Source: Octopus vulgaris
Taxonomy: Eukaryota
Assembly: GCA_951406725.2 (NCBI GenBank)
Contig: OX597818.1
Span: forward strand, 84,134,001 to 84,198,000
DNA length: 64,000 nt
Direction: 5' to 3'
A program made the translations under genes and the position numbers. Positions 55,411 through 64,000 of this stretch are shown piece after piece. A model generated the notes under the pieces. That model was not told the DNA's origin and did not search any database. It worked only from the letters and a program-made list of their open reading frames with translations. Positions within the stretch are counted from its first letter, which is position 1. Each line of letters opens with the position of its first letter.

Positions 55411-55972
55411 TAATCCTACTTGTTTGGCTGTTACTGTAAAGCACGATGTTGGATTTGTGGTGATTTGGGCAGTCATTTTACAGCATTCCCTTGGTTCTTT
55501 AGTTATTCTACGCGACGGAGTTAGTGCCAAGGTTTATCTGAGTATTTTGGCTGATCATCACTTTTGTCTTTGGTACTAAAATTGTTTCCTCTTCTCAGCG
55601 CAATAATCTAGGAAGAGAATAAGTGATTCACGCGCAAATATTATTTCAAATATCGTACAAAGTGTACAAATGTGAAGAAGTAGACTATTTGAAATGATTT
55701 CCCAAATTACCGGATGTCATTATAAACGGAAATTTATTGTGCATTTGGTGCTGCAAGCGAGAAACAACTTCCCTCACCAAATCCTCTGAAAGAACTAAAG
55801 TAGATTATACCTGAAGAATGGCTCAAAATCTTCCTAATGATAGTTCAGAGAATATAAGAACCAATTCCTTAACGCATCAATGGTGTGATTGACGCCAAAG
55901 TGGAATCAGCTCCGCATCAAACAATAAACTTCAAATTTAGCAATGGCTTTCAGTTACTTTGTCCCATCCGTG
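55411..55972 (+). pseudogene. Tc1 transposase DDE C-terminal relic with right end
   Basis: NPTCLAVTVKHDVGFVVIWAVILQHSLGSLVILRDGVSAKVYLSILADH (cf. PTVKHGGGSVMVW). Ends TTTGTCCCATCCGTG|TA. Confidence 0.75.
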
Positions 55973-56083
55973 TATCTACACACGCAAACACACAAAAACA
56001 CACACACACACATACACACACACACATATACGTGTTTGGGGGTGGGGTATGTATGCAGGTTTAAATATCATAAGTGCGCATTC

Positions 56084-56235
56084 TTTTATTCTTTTACTTG
56101 TCTCAGTCATTTTGACTGCGGCCATGCTGGAGCAGCGCCTTAAGGGGTTTGAGTCGACGAAATAAACCGTAGGACTTGATCCTTGTAAGCCTATTGCGTA
56201 TTTTATCGGTCCCTAACTCGCCGGTCTCTTTTCCG
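56084..56235 (-). mobile_element. SINE family A 3' fragment
   Basis: CTTTTACTTGTCTCAGTCATTTTGACTGCGGCCATGCTGGAGCAGCGCC. Confidence 0.75.
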
Positions 56236-56819
56236 TGCACATTGGTACGCATGCGCACATGCATGCGAATATACATATGTACATATAAATGAATATGCAT
56301 GCGTGTGAGTATGCGTGTATGTGTATGCATGTGCGCGTATGCGTGTGCGCGGGTGCGCGCATACGTGTTCATCCAAACGTGTGTGTATGTGTGTGAGTGT
56401 ACGTGTGTGTGTGTGTGTGTAGACGTGCGCGTCCGCGCCCACGTAGAGATGTGCACACTCACACCAATATACACATGCACGCAAAACTATATGAGTGCGT
56501 CTGCACACCCACATTTACAAATATAGACTTGCACATGCCGCACCCTCCTACTTTCCCCATTAACAATCTAACAGATTTCTAATCGTGGTGTGGTCTATTT
56601 CCTGTTCGCCACGTGGACAATTACTGTTCGCCATGAGGTATTTTCAAACTAACGGTTACCAATATACCAATATCAAACGACGTGACCTTCATTGACCAAT
56701 CGCAGCCCATCTTACGGTAATAACAATTAAGTTCTGTCATTCAAATTCAAAATGGCGAATGACTAGCATCACGCTCGATATTCAAGAGTACCAACGAATT
56801 TGAATTAAACTGTCTTCAT

Positions 56820-56916
<97 letters not shown>

Positions 56917-56993
56917 CACATACATACATACATCTATATATATATATATATACATATATATATGTATACATACATATATATATATATACATAC

Positions 56994-57026
<33 letters not shown>

Positions 57027-57217
57027 TATAGATAGATAGATAAGTAGAAAGATAGATATATATGTATATGTATATATATGCATTGTATGTATGCATGTAT
57101 ATAAGCGTGATTGTGTATGTGCGTGTTTTTGTATATATACATATTATATGCATGCATGCATATAAATTTGTATATATCTATATATTTATATATACACAAA
57201 CACACATGTATACATAC

Positions 57218-57291
<74 letters not shown>

Positions 57292-57840
57292 GTATATAAA
57301 TTACATGCGTAAATACATACATATGTATGAGAATGTGTGTGCGTATAAATGTTAGAGCATATGTATATGTGAATATGTCTGTGTGTGCAAGTGAGTGTGA
57401 ATATGTTTATGTCTGAAGGCACATATGCGTTTGTGAGTGTGTGTAAGTGTGATAATCTGTGTGCACGTGTGTTGTAGTTATAATTGAAAATAATTGAATA
57501 TATGCTTCAGGTTATCATAATGCAGGACATTTCACCTGTTACTCCGATCTATACAGATATATGAAATATATTTAACGCTGTCACTATCAATCTTATCTCG
57601 CCTAGAAACCTCAGAAATTTTAAACTAATTTCTCACCAGACACTGTTCGATAGCTTTATGTTTATTTTTAATTCTGTTTATTATACATCCATACACTTAG
57701 ATATTTTGCTGTGCATCTTCCTGACAATCAGATATAGAAAAACTCGGAGACAGAGACACACGTAAAATATACACGGCAGCATATGGTACATACATACACA
57801 AGTCGACATACATACAGGCACACGCCACACATGCAATCAT

Positions 57841-57953
<113 letters not shown>

Positions 57954-58110
57954 ATGGATAAATAGAAAGATGGATATAGAGAGAGATATAGGTGTCTATA
58001 AACCTATATACATACATATAAACATAGATAGATACATGGATAGATTGATAGATAGAGAGATAATCATAAATAGTTAGTATGCATTTATATTTACGTGTAT
58101 ATATATATGA

Positions 58111-58161
<51 letters not shown>

Positions 58162-58272
58162 ATTAATTAATTTATATTATTTAAATATATATCAAAATTA
58201 TAAAAAAAATATATTTATATACTTATATATGTACACATACGCATACGAACATATATATATTCTTATATACAG

Positions 58273-58312
<40 letters not shown>

Positions 58313-58554
58313 GTAAATATGTATGCATACAAATACTTAAATGCATAACTATACATGCACACAATCCACACATTCACACATCTCTATAAATACATATATA
58401 CGTGTATGTGTGTGTGTATACATACACATCAATATCTAAATATACATTGATACGTACTTGTATATGTATGTATATATTCATATATTCATACATGTACATA
58501 TAAGCTTATATATACATGCATAACAAATGTAAAGAAGGTGAAGATGAAAACAAT

Positions 58555-58842
58555 GAAGAAGAAGAAGAAGAAGAAGAAGAAGAAAAAGAAGAAGAAGAAG
58601 TAGAAGAAGAAGAAGAAGGAGGAGGATGAAGAGGAAGGGGAGGAGGAGAAGAAGAAGAAGAAGAAGAAGAAGAAGAAGAAGGAGGAGGAAGAGGAGGAAG
58701 AGGAGGGGGAGGGGGAGAAGAAGAAGAAGAAGAAGAAGAAGAAGAAGAAGAAGAAGAAGAAGAAGAAGAAGAAGAAGAAGAAGAAGAAGAAGAAGAAGAA
58801 GAAGAAGAAGAAGAAGAAGATGAAAAAGAAAAAGAAGAAGAA
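58555..58842 (+). repeat. (GAA)n/(GGA)n purine tract
   Basis: Directly visible. Confidence 0.97.
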
Positions 58843-58922
58843 ACAATAATACTACGGAACACAAAAATACTGTCTTAATTTTACACCGCAAAAAAGGAAT
58901 AGGCGACCCTTTGTACTTCACG

Positions 58923-58975
<53 letters not shown>

Positions 58976-58991
58976 CTACATATGTATATGA

Positions 58992-59045
<54 letters not shown>

Positions 59046-59050
59046 ATATA

Positions 59051-59380
59051 GATGCAAGCATACAGATGTAAAATGTTATACTGCTATATGAGTGCATATA
59101 TGTATGCATATATGTATGTATGTATGTATATATGTATGTATGTATGTATGTATATATATATGTATGTATGTATATATATATATTTATGTATATATATATA
59201 CATACATATATATATATACATACATACATACATATATAACATATATACATATATATATGCACCCATATAACAATATAACATTTTACATCTGTATGCTTGC
59301 ATCTATATATATAATGTCTATATATATATATATATAGGTGCAAGCATACAGATGTAAAATGTGATATATGGGTGCATATA
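59051..59380. repeat. About 50-bp unit triplicated in +/-/+ orientation
   Basis: TGCAAGCATACAGATGTAAAATGT at 59051-59100 (+), 59253-59303 (-) and 59337-59380 (+). Confidence 0.9.
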
Positions 59381-59382
59381 TG

Positions 59383-59428
<46 letters not shown>

Positions 59429-59700
59429 TACACAATTATATATACATATATATATGTGTGCATATGTATGTATGTATATACATGTATGTACGTATATAAA
59501 TATATGCATATATACAACTATGAATGTATGTTTATATTTATATGTATGTGTGTGAGCGAGAGAGAGAGAGAGTAGCTGTACATAGGTAGAAACGGTAGTT
59601 GGTATGTTTGTGTGTAGATATCTATGTAAATATAGACATATATTTGTCTATATGTACATAAGCGTATGCGTGCGCATGTCTCTGTGTGTATGTGTGTGTT

Positions 59701-59734
<34 letters not shown>

Positions 59735-59932
59735 TGTGTAATTATCTGTCTATTCATAAACGATGGGATACAAAGAGCGCTATGTCTTCTTTACATCGAA
59801 ACTTAACATTTACTTATCTATACGGAATTTCAATGGGTTTCCTTCATTTCATGAAGCTGTATCAGTCTATATGCCATATCATATAATTTGAATATGATAT
59901 CAGATATATAAATATGTGTGTGCGTGTGTATT

Positions 59933-59983
<51 letters not shown>

Positions 59984-60875
59984 GTGTATGTATTTGGGTG
60001 AGTGTGTGTGTCTATATGTGTTTGTATGCTTATGTGTATTTCTTTAAAAGATATACACATGTGCGTACTTATATATACGCGCATATGTACATATTTATGC
60101 TTATATACACACACATGCACAAACACACACATATATATCTATACTCATGCCTACACTTAAATATGTATATATATATGTATATATATATATATATGCATGT
60201 ATGTACGTATGTGTGTATGTTGTATGCTTCTATGTTTGTATATATACGTATGCTTATGTAACAATATATGCATACCTATTTATACATGTGTGTGTTTGTA
60301 TAAAACCGTTTATGCATTCTAGGAATGATCTTGTAAGTTGTTCACGTGCAAGCTGGAAGAGGAACAAATAGATAACATGATAAAACCCACGGATCACTGA
60401 CCGACATATGAGAGGAAGAGTGCGTCGGGAAAAAACTACAGCTCCAGATAGGAGTGGAGGAGAAGCCAACTCCACCTTCAAAGTCTAAGAAAGGCGTACT
60501 GAAGGCAAAACAATTTGAGACGTGTAGGTGGCTGAGGAAGGAAACATTTTTTTGTAGGTCAACTGAATATCCCTGAGGCCTGAGGTAGTTCCATCTGAAG
60601 ACAGAGGCGCTGGGTAGTTGCCTCGAGATGAGGAAATCACGGAACTGGCGGCCCAGTTCTAATTTACATATACTATGATTTGCTGTCACCAAATAAATAC
60701 AATAGGGAGCCAATGTATTGATTTGCCTGAGGTCTATAATGCTGCAAGGAATGTTCTGACCGGGACATAATAATATGGCTTGAGGTGGGTACGAAATCGT
60801 TCATATTGGAAGGTAGATGTAAGAGGCTTCTGAGAAAAAAGTTACCGAGTACCAGGATCTTGTACAATAACAACA

Positions 60876-61155
60876 GGCTATCCGTCTCTTACGTTGACTA
60901 GCGTTCCAGTTTATCGCTCGTGAAATTAGCATGTAAGTGGCTGAGTATTCCACACACACGAGTATCTTTAATGTAGTCCTCAGGAGGATTCAGCGTGACA
61001 AAAATGACAGGGCTGACCATTTAACAAATTTTTGCCTTCTGAGTGGCCTGGAGCAACGTGAAATTGCTGAAGAACACAACGTTCCACGCAGTTTCGAAAT
61101 CGCGACTTTATGATCATGAGCCATATATCCTAACCACTAAACCACGCGCCTTCAC
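60876..61155 (-). mobile_element. SINE family C, tail type 2
   Basis: CCTAACCACTAAACCACGCGCCTTCAC is the head in reverse complement, and GTGGCTGAGTATTCCACAC is a tail block. Confidence 0.8.
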
Positions 61156-61876
61156 TAGCACAGTAATGAAAACATAGAGTAATGTAGAACATAAAGTAAT
61201 GTAGAACATAACGGTCTGGGTGTTTGAACCTGAGGTGCGCACATCCTCTGTAGGTGATAAATGATAGTTCCCTAGAAGTGGCGGAAATGCAGCCAGCAGT
61301 AAGTTGGAGGAAACTATAAAAAGAACCTGTACCTCTTGCTGGCTCTAAGAGAAACAAAATGCTTGAACTGAAAAACAGGATATGATAGAGAATGACTGGC
61401 CAACAATGCTGTACTGCAAATATGAGAAAGTTTTAGTGCACGAGTGAAAGATCAGAGGAGAGTTGGACACCACACAGCGTTTTCTTCTCTAGGGCGAGAG
61501 CTACACTCATGGTTATAAAGGCTTGGGGTACCAACATCGCTTATATATGTGTTATAAAGAGAGAAAGCGAGAGAATGTATGTGTATATGTGTGTATGTAT
61601 TTGAATATATAAGTGCATACTTATATATGTGTGTGTGTTATTGCTTAATGTTATGTTTGTCTCTCACCACAACTATATATTCATTTACGTCCCCATCACG
61701 AAGTAGTTCGGTAAAAGTGGTGGTAAAATGAGTATTAGGCTTGCAAATAAGTACTGGGTTCCTTTTGTTCAAAGTTGCCACGGCACGGTCGCTATCCAAT
61801 GATTTTAACAAGTAATAGGTAGAAGACAAAAGATAAAACAAAGAAATACACACACACAAATATTATATATATATGC

Positions 61877-61930
<54 letters not shown>

Positions 61931-62111
61931 TGGTATGGGTGTATCTATGTATACGTATATGTATGTATATATATGTATATATATATATACATATATATAT
62001 GTGTATATATATGTATATACGTGTATGTGTATATATGTGTGTGAATGCATGTGTGTAACACATATATGCATACACACATGCCACATGCGTGCGCGCACAT
62101 ACACGCTTATA

Positions 62112-62146
<35 letters not shown>

Positions 62147-63279
62147 GTGTGTATATGTGTATATATATTTATATATACATATACATATATATACACGCAC
62201 ACACACACACATATATATATGTGTGTGAGTATATATATATATATATATATAAGCAACATACATACATACATACATGCATACATACATACATACATACATA
62301 CGTACTTACATACATGGATATATATAAATATGTGTGTGTGTTCGTAGAAGGGAAAAGAGAGGAGAGGAGAGTATGCCTTTGTCTGTGTATATATGTGGAA
62401 GGAGGCTTCAGTGTTTTCGAGCATGTATGTATATGCGTAAGTAACTCGATATTTATATCCATTATTTTAATATTTATCTTCTCATGTGAAACCAAACTTT
62501 ATCACAATACGTTGATGTCTTTATGTATAGACTCTTATATGCGATAAGATATAGTTTTTGTGCCAAATAATCTTAGTGTGGTGTTAAAGTGCAAATACAA
62601 CAAATGAATTTAAAGAAAAAAATTGTGAAAGCCACAAGGGTAAATAAATATATATATAAATGCTGAATAAGCCCTCAAAGAAAAGCACAAAATTATGAGA
62701 AAAATTGTTCGATTCCAATATTCCAATCTATGCGTCCTCTTTTATTTCAAGAATTTTTAAGACTTCTCAGTCTTTCAGTGATTCTTATATTAAAATTTTT
62801 TGCCCAGTATTTCTCTACATAAAGAATTAGAAAATCAAAAGTAGATAACAAATAAAAGATAAATGGATGGTTTTAATACGTTTTTTTTAAAGTTTCTATA
62901 CAAATATATATGTACGTACATTCGTATGTTTGTACATATGTATGTATACATATATGATGTATGTATGTATTTATGCACGTTTGTGTGGGTATGTATGATA
63001 GAGAATTGAGCAGAAATGGCTTTGTGTCTGTATGTATGTGTGTGTACATGTGGGAGAGGTCTGTACGCACGCACGCTTGTGTTTGAGTTTAGTTTGATGT
63101 ACATTGTACTGTGAGATACATATATATATATATATACATACATATATATGTATATGTATCAAAATAAATGAATGCTTATACACACATATAGGATTTTTCT
63201 ATGAATGTGAACAAGATATATATACATACATATATATAAACACATACACACACACACACACACATATATATTTATATAC

Positions 63280-63334
<55 letters not shown>

Positions 63335-63449
63335 TATACATACATATATGATTTTTCTATAAATATAAACAATATATGTATACATACATATATAAAGATA
63401 AGAGTAAATAATTTCTATAAAGGCTTTTAAAAAAAACCCAATTATTTAC

Positions 63450-63745
63450 TGGTAGAATTCGGTATGTAAATATAGCCGATTACCGGCAGGAACTTCTGTA
63501 AAGTTCAGTATATATATTGTATTGGATTTTTCACTCCCTTTGACAACCTATTTTTGTAATGCGCATGGCAGAATTTTTGGAGGGAAGATTTATGAATTCA
63601 AACGTCTATGTAGATTTAGCCTTTGCTCACTCTCTTCAAATATTTTGATGTCGCATGGTCAGAAGGTTTGAGGTACGTAGCATTTGATAAATCTATGATA
63701 AATCTTTTTCAATGGAAAGCTGTGCTGAAGAAGGATGTGAAATAT
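63450..63745 (+). pseudogene. piggyBac-like transposase remnant (tentative)
   Basis: WSEGLRYVAFDKSM...KAVLKK resembles the piggyBac first-Asp region (SIDESM..F.G...LKQY). The match is short and degenerate. Confidence 0.35.
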
Positions 63746-64000
63746 ATATGCAATATATATGAAATATATTTCAAAAATATATGGAATATATATTCAATAT
63801 GTTTATAATCCAGAAACATGATGTTCACAGATAACCGCCAGACTTCGTATTCGTTATCTATTCCTTCTGTTTTGCATATGTGAATTACAGGGTCTGTCAT
63901 GCCCGGAGTCCAACTTTGATAGAAATAAGCATTCTTGACTGCTATTTCTATTTTTTCGGTATGCGGTCAAGCAACCTGTTTTGCCTGTCCCTTTTTCTTA

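Noticed and set aside
60330-61500. Possible L2/CR1 3' fragment on the minus strand split by a SINE
   Set aside because: Only vague similarity (VFRWNYL...DLQK), too degraded to call.

Overview
AT-rich, microsatellite-saturated eukaryotic DNA with no recognisable host exon, rRNA, true tRNA gene or CRISPR array. The SINE and microsatellite make-up resembles an octopus (coleoid cephalopod) intron or intergenic region; this is inference from family resemblance. Almost all ORFs in the supplied track are translations of (TA)n, (CA)n, (AAT)n or (GAA)n. The real content is layered mobile DNA: three tRNA-headed SINE groups, Dong/R4-type RLE LINE relics, CR1/L2-type 3' ends, two Penelope-like GIY-YIG fragments, Helitron, hAT, Tc1, mariner and piggyBac-like relics, and several MITEs. 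The most interesting signal is a set of minimal type I hammerhead ribozyme motifs in Penelope-style repeats. One near-intact GUC hammerhead lies in a 147-bp inverted repeat at about 10.8 kb. A composite of tRNA-like Pol III head, (AAT)n and hammerhead tail at about 6 kb looks like a ribozyme-bearing SINE that may be mobilised by Penelope-like elements. All calls were made by eye with no database search.
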